Origin: Marsupella aquatica
Taxonomy: Eukaryota > Plantae > Marchantiophyta
Assembly (NCBI GenBank): GCA_973895155.1
Contig: OZ316897.1
Location: forward strand, 7,244,470-7,308,469
Length of the DNA stretch: 64,000 nucleotides
Reading direction: 5' to 3'
Position 1 is the first letter of the stretch. Each line of letters starts with the position of its first letter. The translations under genes were made by a program, and so were the position numbers. The notes under the pieces are model-generated. The model was not told the DNA's origin. It made no database searches and saw nothing but the letters and a program-made list of their open reading frames with translations. Positions 1-13,067 of the stretch are shown here, one piece after another.

Positions 1-174
1 GTGGCTAATACCCTCATCCGGGGCCAGCCACAACCTGTTCCTCTCGGTCGACGTCTCTGGGCATTGCGTAAAAGACGGAGTCAAATCTAAACCCGGATCT
101 CTAATCGACCTCCAAACCATCGCCTTTGGCGGATTGCGGCTCTCCGATTTTGATATTTGCTTCCCCTTATCCAT
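1..174 (-). CDS. 5' end of an unknown ORF running off the window edge (MDKGKQISKSESRNPPK...)
   Basis: ATG at 174 on the minus strand, 58 codons open to position 1; tandem repeats lie just upstream of it. Confidence 0.35.
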   Translation of the reverse strand, partial: MDKGKQISKSESRNPPKAMVWRSIRDPGLDLTPSFTQCPETSTERNRLWLAPDEGISH

Positions 175-211
175 GGAGTCAATGGAAACAACGGATGCAA
201 AACTCAGGGAG

Positions 212-306
212 AAGAGAAGAGGTGAGTCCGGGCAGACCAGAAACAAAACAAAGGGAAGAGGTGAGTCTGGGCAGTGCACAAACAAAACAAAGGGAAGAGG
301 TGAGTC
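212..306 (+). repeat. ~39-bp tandem repeat, 2.5 copies (AGGGAAGAGGTGAGTC...AAACAAAACAA)
   Basis: Direct reading of the repeated units. Confidence 0.85.
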
Positions 307-344
307 AGCCACTCACAGAAATGAAAGGGAGAAATGCGTTTAGG

Positions 345-404
345 GTTGAACAAACACGAAGTTGAACAAACCCGAAGTTGAACAAACCCAAAGTTGAACA
401 AACA
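345..404 (+). repeat. 16-bp tandem repeat, ~4 copies (GTTGAACAAACCCGAA)
   Basis: Units start at 345, 361, 377 and 393. Confidence 0.9.
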
Positions 405-651
405 CTACACTTTGAGAGAGTCCAAACGATCATATCAACCACAAACGAAAACACATACAGACAGAAGGTATAATTATTCACCGTACAATTGTACGAGTAC
501 ATGCATTTTTGATATCTGCACAAATATGCACTCAGGAAAGAGACTTCGGGTGCGTCTATCTCCTTTAAAGGCTCAGATCCAAACATCCAGTTTAATAGCG
601 TCGGGCGCTAGTACAAGGTTCCGAAGAAAACCTTAGAAATTCACACTCAAC

Positions 652-3600
652 CTACTCCAAGTCAGAAGACTCGGACTCGCTACTGCCAGACCTATCGGTA
701 GATTCGGCTTCATCATCTATAAATTCGCTTCTAGGTCCATCGTTGAGTAAAGGCTGATGGATGAATTTCCTATTTGAACCTCTCCTTAACCTTAAGCCCT
801 TACTCTCCCAAGTAAGTGTTCTCCTCTGTTCTTCTTTGCGTGCAGCATATTCTGCATACGAGGGCAACACGAAAGGCTTCTGAGGAGAAACGAGAACCTT
901 TTTCAAGTATTTCCTCCGAAGATTAAAACATTCTTGAAGATTCCACTCCGATCTGGAAGAGGAACGGAACCACATTAGAATTGAAAATGAAAATGGGACA
1001 GTTACAGAATTGATAATGTAAAGTGAAGTAGCTTACGGGCATTACTCAAAAGAATCCGAATCTTCTGTTTCTTCCGTCGTATGCCTCTCCTTCTCGTTTC
1101 CTTCATTTTCCTCTCCTTGTCCTCATGAAGCATCATCTCCAACATCATCTCCCTCCTCTTCATCTTCAGAGTCAAAATTTAAGACAGTGAACTTTATCTT
1201 TTTATTTTCTTCCCACATCTTTAGCGGGAGATGAGGAACTAACATCTTTTGGAATCAATAACTCCATCCATGTCTTTTCCGCAATCTCAACAAACTCTTT
1301 TCGGTTTTCTATACCAAGAATAAAATGACCACAATAGTCACCAGCAACAAATGTACTTCCCGAACCCACAGTCCAGTCCATGACAATGTCACCCGGCCGA
1401 GTGATTAACTCTAACACAGATTGCATGAACCCAACGGACAAGCGTCCATTGCCAGCAAATGCTGCTAAAGGAGTTGGATCCTTCCTCACACTCGGGAGAC
1501 CAATAAGGTTAGTGATAGAAGGATCTTCAGTTGCAGAGAGGGGTCAAAACTTGGGGTCCTTTGGAACCTTAACCTTTGACGAAACACGACTGAACAGATC
1601 CAATCTCAATGTGAAAACCTGTGAAATCCCAACAAAGTTCTTTGTTAAGATGCCGACGATCCAACCAGAAAATCATTACAATCACGGCATAACAATGAAT
1701 TTTGGATAGCGCCAGGCGCTAACAAAGAATATCCCCTTAACTGAAGGGTATATGAAAACATTTTTAGCTAGCGCTCGGCGCTAACAAAGGACAACACGAA
1801 GAGTGAGATAATTTACCTGACAATCACTTCGGGCCATGTACATTGGAACTCCCGTAACCACGTTCAGGGTTTTCACACACTGAAACTTTTGAGACTCCTG
1901 GCTCGTGGCGATGACCTGCGAGATCTGATCATACTCGCCGGTATGCAAAATGGCCAATATACCATCATCTGCTAGAAAGGGGTCCATTGTGCGAAAGAAT
2001 GAACCAACAATTTTGTGATCTGGGGAATTCCATTTTGGAGACTTCTTCTCTAAAAGGGAAGGGCGCAGTCCAGTTGGGAGGTAAACGAATCCAACATCAA
2101 CTCCAAATGATCTTATCTTTCCTCCTCTTATGACTCCTTTCTCCCTTAGACCAAGCAAGACTAGGTCTTTCACCCACTTCTCCACATTTGACACCCAAGT
2201 CGGTTTCTGCTCTTTTGTGAACACACTCTCAAAGAAGTCCATTACGCTGGACTCAACAAAAACATGCCTAGAAGTCTTAGACTTGAACTGTCCAACATCT
2301 CGTTGAACACCAGTAGAAGCGATCGAATCCCGAGAGGAAAATCCATGATCCGAATATTTCTTTTTCTTTTTCTTCGTGCTGGTGGCATCTGCTGGTCGCA
2401 CCATCTTCTCCATGTTGGGAGGAGTCTGTTCATCAGGGACATCTTGTTCCCCCGTATCAGCTTCAGAGACGCCAGGAGTGACAGTCGTCTTTGCATCTTG
2501 TGTTTCTTCTCCATCCGATTTCCGTCCACCTAGAAAAAGATACAAAAGTTTCCAAGATTACGGTCCACATAACACCAGTGCCAGGCGCTAAACAAACTGC
2601 CCAAAAAATCAACCAATAAATAGACAACTTGATCTGTAGCGCTCATCAAAAGTCACTGACATAATCAAGCTGGTGGAGAGAGAATACATAATGCCAATGG
2701 AAAATAGAAGAATCTCACGTTTCTTCCCGGATCTCGTTGATGGGCTGGTTACTCCAGTGTCTACTTTTGCTTTCGCCCGGGGTTTTTGACTCCTGTCTAC
2801 ATGCAAAACTTCTGTTTCGCAATGTTTCTGTAGCTCGCTCGTTGAGGCATCTACATCTTCTGATAAACCTTGTTTCATTTCAGAGAGAACTTTCCGAGGC
2901 ACTAAAGACTTTGATAATTTCAGAAATGCATCCTTTTCAGCTTCATCAAAAGGGGTGTCCCACTTATCTATGTCAAGATACCATGGACAGTGGGTTATCT
3001 CCCACAATGAAATGTCACGTGGTGGAACATCCCCTTCGACAGGGTACATTGAGTAAACTTTGCTAAAAGCATCCCCCTCTAGAACGAACCATTTCTGGAA
3101 TGCAGGAGGGTAAGCCCAAAAATACTATGGAGAACTGGTCTCCATCGCCATGTAGAAGCGATATAGATATCTCTTGGCTCGCTTCTGGTTGCGAATTGTA
3201 TAGTCTTCCTTGTCTCCGTACTTGGACTGCCAAATTGTGCTAAAAAACTTTGCCTTCACTGTTTCATTGTATGTCTTGAAATCATTGGTGATGTTCAAGA
3301 CCAAAGCTTCAAACGTCTCCACTCCTCCTAGCGTCAGACGATCAGCAGGTAGGATCAACTGGACTTGCGAAAGAGATGTTTGTAATATTGCAATTGCAAT
3401 TCCTTCCACCAAACTCCACATGTGCCATGTATGACACCACTATTTAACAGGGTCATCATTCACACTCGGGGATGGTAAAATTGTTTTCTGAGCTTGGGTG
3501 TACAGTGAGCGACAAGAAGAGTACAACGCAGTTGTGGATCCAAGTAGGAGATAGAAGTGAACAGACGTGCGCGGTCCATTGTATAGACTACAGAGTCTGG

Positions 3601-4866
3601 CTTCTTTTCTCGTTTGTTCCTCTCCATAAGAATGTACATTTCTGCACAAGTTGACAAAAAATCACCAAACTCTGGGCTTATCAGGGGGTAATCTTGGATG
3701 TCTTTATGCTCCACTCCTTCGTTGCCTCCTTCATCATGGCAGCATATCGCTTACCAGTCTCTTCAGATGACCACGGGCGACCTTGACTTGTCGCAGCAGC
3801 CAAGTCAAGCTTAAATTGAAGTGAATACAACTTAATCTTGTTTTCACACAAGATGTAAACCAATGCTTCCAATGGCATCTGCTTGGTATACCAAGACCCC
3901 TTTCTTGTCTTGGCACGAACAATTTGGAATTGCTTGAAGCTGCCGGGGTCGATGATCGGCTTGTAGGCCTCCAAGTCATGAGTTAAAATCCAATTGATTC
4001 TATCGGCAATGAGAATCCATGATGGTTCCACCACAGCTTGCCCTAACCTGTAAGATATAATGGCAAATATTAGCACCTGGCGCTAACTAACCTTGCAAAA
4101 ATCAAGCGCAATTGACCAAATTCAATAACGTTTATGCAACTTGAGGAATACTTACTGGTTCACCGTGTGCATAGCCGCTTCAAGCTCAACTAGAGAACCT
4201 CAATCTCCCTTAAAAACAGTGCATTGAACACGCGGATGGTACTTGATATTGTCTGGATTCTCATTTGTTACTTGGGTCCACGAGTAGAGTTGATGATTCC
4301 CGTCAAAAACACACATCTTATCCTTCAGAATGTGGAAATCTGGATCAGTAGCACATTCTGCTTCAAACAAGTCGTTCTGGGCAACCCAAATAGCATCCCA
4401 GGTCTCCCAATTAAATTTTAGGCGTGCAAAATTGAACGACTCCTTCTGAATCCGTGGGCTGAACGTAAAACCGCATCCCAATTGAAGAGTTGTACCCAGA
4501 GCTCCGAAACAAATCCTTGAGCATATCGATAGATGCACTATTTTTTTGTAGAGTCGGAACAATTTCCATGTGAACAAGCCGATAAAGAGGGATACGCGAC
4601 GGCTCTTTCTTCTCCCCTCTGAAATCGACTCCAAACAACATTGCGTATTTCTCGATCACAACATCCATGGACAGAACTCCCTCGCCCCCGTCCTCCATTG
4701 CAAAATCTCCGTAAGACTCCATGATGCCTCGTTTTGGCTTTGGAATCGCCTGACTAATGTTTCGCAAAGAGTTCGATGCAGACGGACGAGTGACTCTTCG
4801 AGTATAAACTGATCCGGAGAATGAGGACTCGGATGTTTCAGAATGGCCAAGAGAATGATTCTCCAT
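652..4866 (-). pseudogene. Spliced ParB/Srx-like domain + beta-class N4C/N6A DNA methyltransferase-like fusion gene (decayed copy)
   Basis: ParB-like motif VFDGNHQLYSW (~4290-4310). MTase-like motifs in beta order: GVDVGFVYLPTG (motif IV position, ~2070-2105), FLADDG (~1965-1980), and ELITRPGDIVMDWTVGSGST...GHFILGIE (SAM-binding motifs, ~1305-1410). GT-AG introns 4048-4155, 2530-2718 and 1619-1816 join the frames. Lesions include a frameshift near 4411 and stops at 4200, 3440, 3125 and ~1545. Confidence 0.8.
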
Positions 4867-6119
4867 GTTTGTTTAAGATGCACACACACGGGGAACCCGC
4901 ACCGCAATGTGCTTCTCGCGTGATGCAACATTTCTTGTGGTGTTGTACCAATATGGATGAATGATTGACGATGACCCTAAACGGGCGCAGAGGTCGTTCT
5001 AACGATCAAGGAAGACAGATATATCAGATATCACAAAAATATCTTATCTGATATACCCTATGGCAGACCGACATGTATGACAAGTACACATCCAAAAGCA
5101 CGAGCATCCAAAAGCAGACCTACTAAAGGTTGACACTTGTCACATTTTAACTCGTTTATAGGTACTCGTGAATATATTTATCCAGGAATTTGTTATAAAT
5201 TGTAATGATAAACGGTCAAAGTTACCGTTTAAAAAGACCGTTTATGTCAATATTCTACTTCGATCTAATATTAGCGCCTGGCGCTATTATAATGCTAGAC
5301 TAAAATATATCTTGAAATGAAGGATTTTAATAATAGCGCCTGGCGCTAGTAACATTGTACTAAAAAATCATGCGAATGATTGGACTTAAGTGAGAATTTT
5401 TTTGTAATAAACGGCTTCTACTTCTATCAATTTTATGAAAGTGCCAGGCGCTATTTTTCTTTTAGTCTCAAATAGGGCTTAAATGTGTAGATTTCAATAA
5501 TAGTGCCCGATGCTAGTAACGAGACACTTCAAAATGGCTTAGATGTTTGGACCCAAAATGTGCGAGTTTCTATAAATAATGACCGTTAGATCTTGACCAT
5601 TTTATCAATTTTATGATAGCGCCTGGCGCTAGTATTATGATAACTTCTACTCGAGCTCAAATGGATCGATTTTAATATTAGAAGAGGGTAATATTGTTAT
5701 CTGCCATAAATAAGACGCTATTTCCAAGGAAACCCAATACATTTCAGCTTAAATGTTGTCATAATGAGTAGCTGTCGTAGGATGTTAACCTGTGTCAATA
5801 ACCAAAATGGCCGTTGATCTTTGCTTTTGTTGTTCATTTTTGGGCTCTTTCAGATGTGGAAAACGCTAGCGCCTAGCGCTACTATATTACCCCGTCGGTT
5901 ACAACGTCAAAACAATTAATTCAACAGTAACTATCCGCCGAATTGATGGTTTTGTGGTTTCTTGAACGGTAAGAAAATCCGTACCCAACGGATCCTATAA
6001 CTGCTCGAGGACTCTTTCCGTTTGAGACTTGGATTAAGAAGAAACCCTCAACCATACAATCTAGCTTCATTTACCATGTATCATTATTTTATGTTGTCGG
6101 TTATCTTTGGGGAGTTAGA
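4867..6119. promoter_or_regulatory. Bidirectional promoter region of the transposon, containing three degenerate ~170-bp units
   Basis: AT-rich gap between divergent start codons (4866 on -, 6120 on +); 6 palindromes; 10 AACGG/CCGTT cores. Confidence 0.6.
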
Positions 6120-8999
6120 ATGTCTCGCATTATTCGAATAACGTGTCCAAACACAGGTGATGTTGTGACGATCCCTGTGTTGATTTCCAAAACTAGGAAA
6201 TGTGTTAGTGATAATTACCTGTGTGGAAGATTTGGGGTGACGAGAAAACATATTTTGAGTGTCAGAACTTTGAACGATGGGCCCGCTCATTTTGATACTG
6301 AAGCGGAGGACGTTGTTTGGAATCTCAAATATGGCGTGGAGTACTTGATTTTCATTCAACTAAGGGACATCATTCAGGTCAAGGTGGAGAGGCCTCAGGT
6401 GGCTCACGATGTGATTGACCTTACGTCTGACGCTGAATGCTCTGAGGGTTCTCCACCAAGCTCAAAGGGCGATGAGGTCAAGAAGGAGGGCGGCAGTACC
6501 AGTTTGTTGACGCCCCAGGTACCCCCCGTATTGATTGCGTCGGAGGGTCTGATGATGGAGACACTCTAACTCGTCCTATTCTGGTTGTGTACAGAAGAAG
6601 CGCACTTGATGCCTTGTTGAAGTCAACTGGACAAAGTGAGTTATCACGCTTTGCTAGGTCCGAGGCATTCATTCACAAACAGGTTGAATGCTTACCTGTA
6701 GAGTACAATGGGAATACCATATTTGAGCTTCCACCTGTTCAAGGTGTTGACTCGAAAGGGGATCGTCTGCGAAACATGGATCGATCCAAGGACTGCTACC
6801 TCTGGACTAGAATCTTTCCTACTTCTGCTAATGTCATTCCAAAGAAGATGTGGGAGTTTGGGAAAGTAAGCTGTAGTGGTTCTCTCGAATGCCGAAATAG
6901 AGCATGTGAGTTTTACACCAGGACTCAAGTCAGAAACTGTAATGGATGGGATGGGACCCCCAAGCTCTCTGGTCAGCATTGTCCTAGGAGGTTGATCGAT
7001 GCTGGAGGAATTGTTTGTCGCTATTGCCTTCAAGTTCCATTTTGTGTTGAGTCTTGTCCAACAAAAATGTTTTATATGTACCCGCAAGTTTTGATCAAAA
7101 ATGACACTGCAAAACACATGTCACGACTTGCAATCCATATGGGGGTGCACAACCATCCATGTCGGAAGTTCTGGTCTAGAAGTGTTGAGAAAATAGCAAT
7201 AGAAGAAATACGGAGACAGCATGAGAAGTCTCCTTCTACACCGTGCGTTTTGAAAAATGAGATCACTGGATCTTTAATGGATGCCGTAGATGAGTTTGTG
7301 GATGACATTTCAAAGCTAGAAGAATCAGAAATCTGGAAATCACTTATGCTCGTTTCAACGCCTCAGAAGTTTTCTGCGTTATTTAAGAGCGTTCGTAAAG
7401 ATCAGGTTGGTCGAGGTGATTTGGAATATCTGGTTCGCATGCAGAAGAATGTTACGTTTCCTTTTCTCCAAAGATATCTTCTTCCTGAGCAGGGTTGTAA
7501 AGGTGATAGAGCACATATTTTCAAAATGACTATCAAAGGTCATGGATCGGGAGTAGATTTACAATTCAGATGAAGAAAGGGGGGCGTCTAGAAGGAGCAT
7601 GGGTGAGCTTTGACGTGATGAAAAGGATGTCCAAAGAATGGAGTACTTTTAGTGCACATGTGTATGACCATAACTATCGAGCTTTGTGCACAATATTTAC
7701 TTGTGAACTCAAAGCAGAGGACACTGCATCGCTTGAGAAAGCTTGGAGGTTGATGATCGAAGTCGCTTTGGAGAACGGTTTAAAGGGCGTGGAAATCCAT
7801 GGTTTCATGGCGGATAACGCTCAGGCAGGATGGATAGCGGTTAGGAATGTCTTCTTTGACGGCCATCCAAACCCAGAGAGAGAGCGATTGGATGCATTCC
7901 ACTTTTATCAGTCTTTGCATCGGCACTCTATCGAAGGAGTACTTGAAGAAAAATGTGCTGAACATCAAATCCTTTGGGACAAGTTGCGCAATGCCGCTTC
8001 ATTTGTGGAAGCCTACAGGGTTTCACGAGAGATTGATTCATGGTGGAGATCTGGAAATTGTATTCCTGGGAAACTTAGAATGTTGCAAGGATGGATCGGT
8101 TGGTGGGTTGTGAGGTGGTGTCATTGGGGAAATTTCATACGTTTGGTGAGTCAATGTAGACTTGCGCCTGGCGCTAGTATTAATCTCCCTTTTCTAATTG
8201 TGCTCTTTACTCATGTTTTTTGCCAGCGCCGGGTGCTAACGTACGAATAGCTTGATAGTGTCTTCAACCTTCACAATCATAATGAAAAACATTCATACCT
8301 TTCGTCCGCCCATTTTGAAGTTCCGCTTTATTTTTTATTTGATATATTGTACTGACTTTGACAAAACTCTTTTTCAGAGCAAAAGTGCACTTGAAGGGGG
8401 GATGATTCCCAATTGCACTGGTTCCGAAGCTGTTCACGGAATCATGAAAGCATGGCAGGGAAAGAAAACAGTTGGTTTGTTCAAAGGATGTAAGACTGAT
8501 CACAATAGAGCAATCTCACAAATAGCAGCCTATACAGCATATCGTGAAGGGCTCCATCGGGGTGCCGGTCCAACAGTGTTTGAATTGGCTTTTCGTTCGG
8601 CTGACCAGGTAGGGTCCCCGAAACTCTTCAAAGAAGCCTCTAATATGTTACTTACAAATGTAGCAGAATTTAATTTGGAGAGGGATTCTCCGTTGAATGG
8701 GGATTTTGTGACAAAGTCTATGAAAAGAAAAGGTCCGGCGACCGGGAATGTCTCTCCACAAGACTCCCATTGACATGACACGGTTCTCATAACTACACCA
8801 AACACCTGAGGTTGCAAGAGGAGAAATTTGAACTCATCCGAGTTTGAGCACATTCCGATACTTTTTTTTTTAATAATTAATTTTAATTTCATCTTTATTC
8901 CGTGTGAACCCCACGGATGAGGGAACCAGCAGGCCCAAGGCAAAAGGGCCACAAGGCCAAAAAGGACAACAATAGATGTATCCCTGCATACCAGAGGGG

Positions 9000-11900
9000 A
9001 ACAACACCACAAGACCAATCCCGAGCCAATTCAGGAGCTAAGCAATGATCTTAATACTCCATGCTACAGTGTTCAGCCAAATCAGCACATGATTATCATT
9101 CACCGTCATGATCCTGTCAGATTCACTGGTCATTGGGATGTTAGTTTCTGTACCCTACCCCTAAGTAGTCTACGTTGCTCTGCCTCCACCATAGTCCTAG
9201 CCTAGGAAAGCCGCCCAATCTTACGGCCAGAGCAAGATGAAGCAGCCACAGCCGACAGGTGATCAATAGTGTCCATGCAGATATTAATCTGATCGAAAAC
9301 GCGGTGTCTGGTCCGATCAAACGTCTGGCAAGCCACAGGGACCACAAAGTTTGGTACATCAAGAAAACCTGTAACGTATGCAGAGGGGTCTTCCCCTACA
9401 TTGATAATAGGAGATGCACCAAACCAAGGGCCCGGTTAAATAATCTCCCATTCAGCCAGCCCTGCATTACCAGCCAGCAAGCCCCTGCATGGCGGCAGTC
9501 AAAGAAAATGTGCGGGATAGTCTCCACCACACCGGAGCAGAGTGTACATACCCCATCAGACTTCCCAATCCTCAGAGCTCTAGAGCCAGAAAATAAACCC
9601 TGGGCAAGGATGCGCCATAAGAAGGTTCGGGCACGAGTGGAGAGATCTGCAGTCCATATAACCTGCCAGACCTTACACCATTCAATCTCAAGCAAGTTCA
9701 CATTCCAGATCCTGTTAAGCCTGCAGAAATCAGATCCCTTGGGTCTTAGCAACTCAAACACCCTGAGATTGGGAAGCCCAAATTTAGTCAGGGGCACACT
9801 GTCCTTATCGATCTATCTCCATAGTCTTGCCCCTGAGTCCCCAGTTGTTTCTCTGTAGATAGATCTGTGAAGAGTGGCAATAAAGGATAGACAAAATCTC
9901 CTATCGTCTTCCGGTAGACCCCTCAGTCTGAGCATCTTCTCATTCATATCCATCCACTGATTATTCAGAGCAGACCGCAAATCGTTGACTTTCCTGACAC
10001 CCAGCCTTCCACAGATCTTAACTACACCCAAAATGTTGGCCTCAGGGAGAGTGTAAAAATCCAATAGACAGCGCAAAACATCTTCAATCCCCCAGTGTCC
10101 GGGGATGGCCGCAATGCCAGGACAAAGGACCAGGTTCTCCCGAACCAAGGTCCAAGCACACCAAAGTTGGCCAGTATAACAGAGCTTCCCAAATGAGCGA
10201 GGAGTACTGAGCAGGACCTTATCCTTCATCGAGTAGTTGTTCCTGCGTACCGTCTTATAGTTGCGCCATTTAGTTAGCTTTAGATTTTCCGCATACATCC
10301 TGGCCCATTCCGATTCCGGTCTATCAAGCGCCCCAGTAAACCATTTACTTAGTAGAGCATCAGAATGACTACAAAAGTCCTTCAATCCCAGGCCACCATC
10401 CACCTTAGGTCGTGCCAGCTTCGCCCAGGCCACCAGTGGAATTCGCTTCCCCCCCCTGTTTGTTAATCCCCCAAAGGAAAACACGACTGAGGGCAATCAC
10501 CTTCTTTGCCAGAGAAGCAGAGGATCGCAGAAACATCATGTGATATACAGGAATGGCAAGTAAAACATGTTTGATCAGCAGCACCCTTCCAGTGAAAGAT
10601 AGAAAACGGGTAGACCAGGATGAGAGTCTGGCTCCAATCCGGTCAAGGCAAAAGTCATGCAACTGTGCTTCAGTAAGATCCAAGCCAAAGGGAGCACCCA
10701 AATATTTCTGTACCACTCCTCTTTCACTAATCAGACATCCAGTAGCTAGAAGCTAGCTCGGGATCACCTCCACAGCAAGGGGAATAACAACTGACTTGTT
10801 GAAGTTCAATTTAGCACCTGTGGCATCTTCGTAGCAAGTGAGAGCACTCCTGGCTTGCTCAAAGGCGGCCGCTGAGGCCGGGATGAACATCCCTAAGTCA
10901 TCTGCAAAAAGTCTAAAACATGTGTAGTGAACTGGAGATCTGCAAACCCTGTAATCTACCAGCATTAATCTTCGCTGTAAGAAAATCCATCAAGGGCTGT
11001 GTAGATATGACAAAGAGAAGAGGTGAGAGAGGGCAGCCTTGTCTCACACCCCTGGACATCTTCACATCCTCAGTCCAGATGCCATTGACGAGAGCCTTAG
11101 AGCAGGCATTGCTGATCAGAGACTTTACTAGAAAAATAAAATGTGAGCCGAGGCCTAACAGGTTCATAGTTTCCCATATGTAAGAGTGATCCACTCTGTC
11201 AAAGGCCTTCTCAAAATCCAGTTTCAAGAAAAGAGCCGGGGTCCTAGTGAAGTTAATCCAGTCTTTAACCAGCCAAGTGAGAGAGATATTTTCCAGAATG
11301 TGCCGCCCAAGGATAAAGCCTGTCTATTGTGGACAGATCAGCTTAGGTAGTAACATTTTTAGACGAAGGGCTAGCAGCTTAGCCAAGAGCTTGTACACAA
11401 TAGTTAACATGGTTAATGCTCTCCAGTCCCCCAGTCTTCGCTTATCAGTTCTCTTAGGAATAAAACGAATAACCCCATCTTTGATATTGAAAGCTAGATG
11501 TCCTGTCCTCCAGAAATCACAGATCATGTCATGAAAGTCAGTCTTCATGAATTCCCAGCAAGCCCTGAAGGTCTCCGCAGTCATGCCATCAATACCAGGA
11601 GCTTTGTCACTGGGAAGAAGTAACAAAGTGTCATGCAATTCACGTAGAGAAGGCAACTCTTCAAGCATTCTAACCTCAGCCGCAGTAGGGGAAAAATGTG
11701 TGTTCCTACTCAGAGTCCTGCGTGCTGTTCTCTGCTTCCTCAATTCTTCTCCTTCCAGTAATGGCGGTGAGTACAGCTCCGCACAAAAATGTTGTACCTC
11801 TCCAACAATGAGTCGCTCCTCCCTTAATTCCGTGCCACCATCAACCACAAGATATTCCATCTTTTCTCTGAGCCGTTTGGCCTTAATAGTGGAGAAATAG

Positions 11901-13010
11901 AACTTAGAGGGTTCGTCGCCTTGGCCCAACCATTTAATCCTAGATAGCCGGCGACAGTGGTGAGCATCTTCAAGTTCCATTGAACGTACATTATCTTCAG
12001 TATCCATAAACTCTGTGACACTGTCAGTGGAGTAGTCCTCCATAATGGTTACCTTCAAAAGTCAAAGTTTGTCACGCAGTAGTGCAGCCTCTACAGCCTT
12101 GGGCAGTGGTGAAGATTGTAGCGTCATGTAGCATTGGCGGAGACGCTGATACGCCAAAGAAAAGCACAAATGAGGTTCAGCAAGAGGAGCGGCATCCCCA
12201 ATCCAGGCAGCCTCTAGAAGTCCCAAGTTTGCAGAGTTCCTCACCACAGCAGGGTTAGCTTTGAAGTAAGAAGTGCGTCGTTGATCAAAAGCAGACGTGA
12301 GCAAGGGGGCAATGCGGAAAGAGATCAGCACAGGGTCATGGTCCGATAGTGCCGATGTGCCATCATGTTTGAGTTCCACCAGTTCCTCCGTCCACTGGCC
12401 TTTCTCACTGAAATAGAACCTATCAAGGCGGGATTGAGTCAACACGCCGTTACGAATCCGGCACCAGGTAAACTTGGATCCCGATACCTGACCAAGAATA
12501 GAGAGTGCGTCTTGCAGGTCAAGTCGAACCTTCAGAAATCTCCAAAATTCCAATTCCCTCCCGCGGATCAACGGGGTCAAGCCAGTGGAATCACATCGGA
12601 GCTCATCGACCCTGAGGCAATTCGTTTTTCAAATCATTCCAGAGAATTGCTCGTTCTCCTGGAGAGTTGGGCGCGTACACACTGATCAGCCCAAAGGTTC
12701 CCTCGGCGTGTTCCAGTTGGGCCCAAATAGCTCTGCCTAGGTCTAGCGTACCTGATGACAGTACCTTAAGTGACGGGTGCAATAAAATAGCTGTGCCTCC
12801 CCTGCCGTCAACGGGGGCCGAGTAAAAATGCTGATAATCGGGTAGGATGGTCTTCAATGCATTATCGAAATTCATCAGCCTTTACTTCCTGCAAAGCCAG
12901 GGCGTCGAGCAGAGGTCGGATTGAAGAAGCCCATTTCAACACCACATGCTTTCTATCCGGATTACATAAGCCGCAGACATTCCACGATGCAAAATTGAGG
13001 AGTGTCATAT
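9000..13010 (-). pseudogene. LINE ORF2 (APE endonuclease, reverse transcriptase, zf-RVT)
   Basis: SWNVCG, LQEVK, SRLDRFY, SDHDPV; KAPGIDG, KLDFEKAFDRV, RGVRQGCPLSP, LFADD; CTLC...ETIPHIFFDC; many stops and frameshifts. Confidence 0.9.
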
Positions 13011-13067
13011 CGCTCCACTTCTCTAGGGGGCCAACAAAGCAGCTTCAGAAGCAACAAATAGCCAAAA

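Noticed and set aside
212-404. Short ORFs 126-365, 134-343 and 204-401
   Set aside because: They are translations of the tandem repeats.
652-4866. Bacterial or phage contamination as the source of the ParB-MTase gene
   Set aside because: The gene has GT-AG spliceosomal introns and is contiguous with a plant LINE and plant genes.
5272-5631. Palindrome + unique spacer pattern resembling a CRISPR array
   Set aside because: Repeats are only 15 bp, spacing alternates between 62 and ~105-116 bp, there are no cas genes, and the context is eukaryotic with introns.
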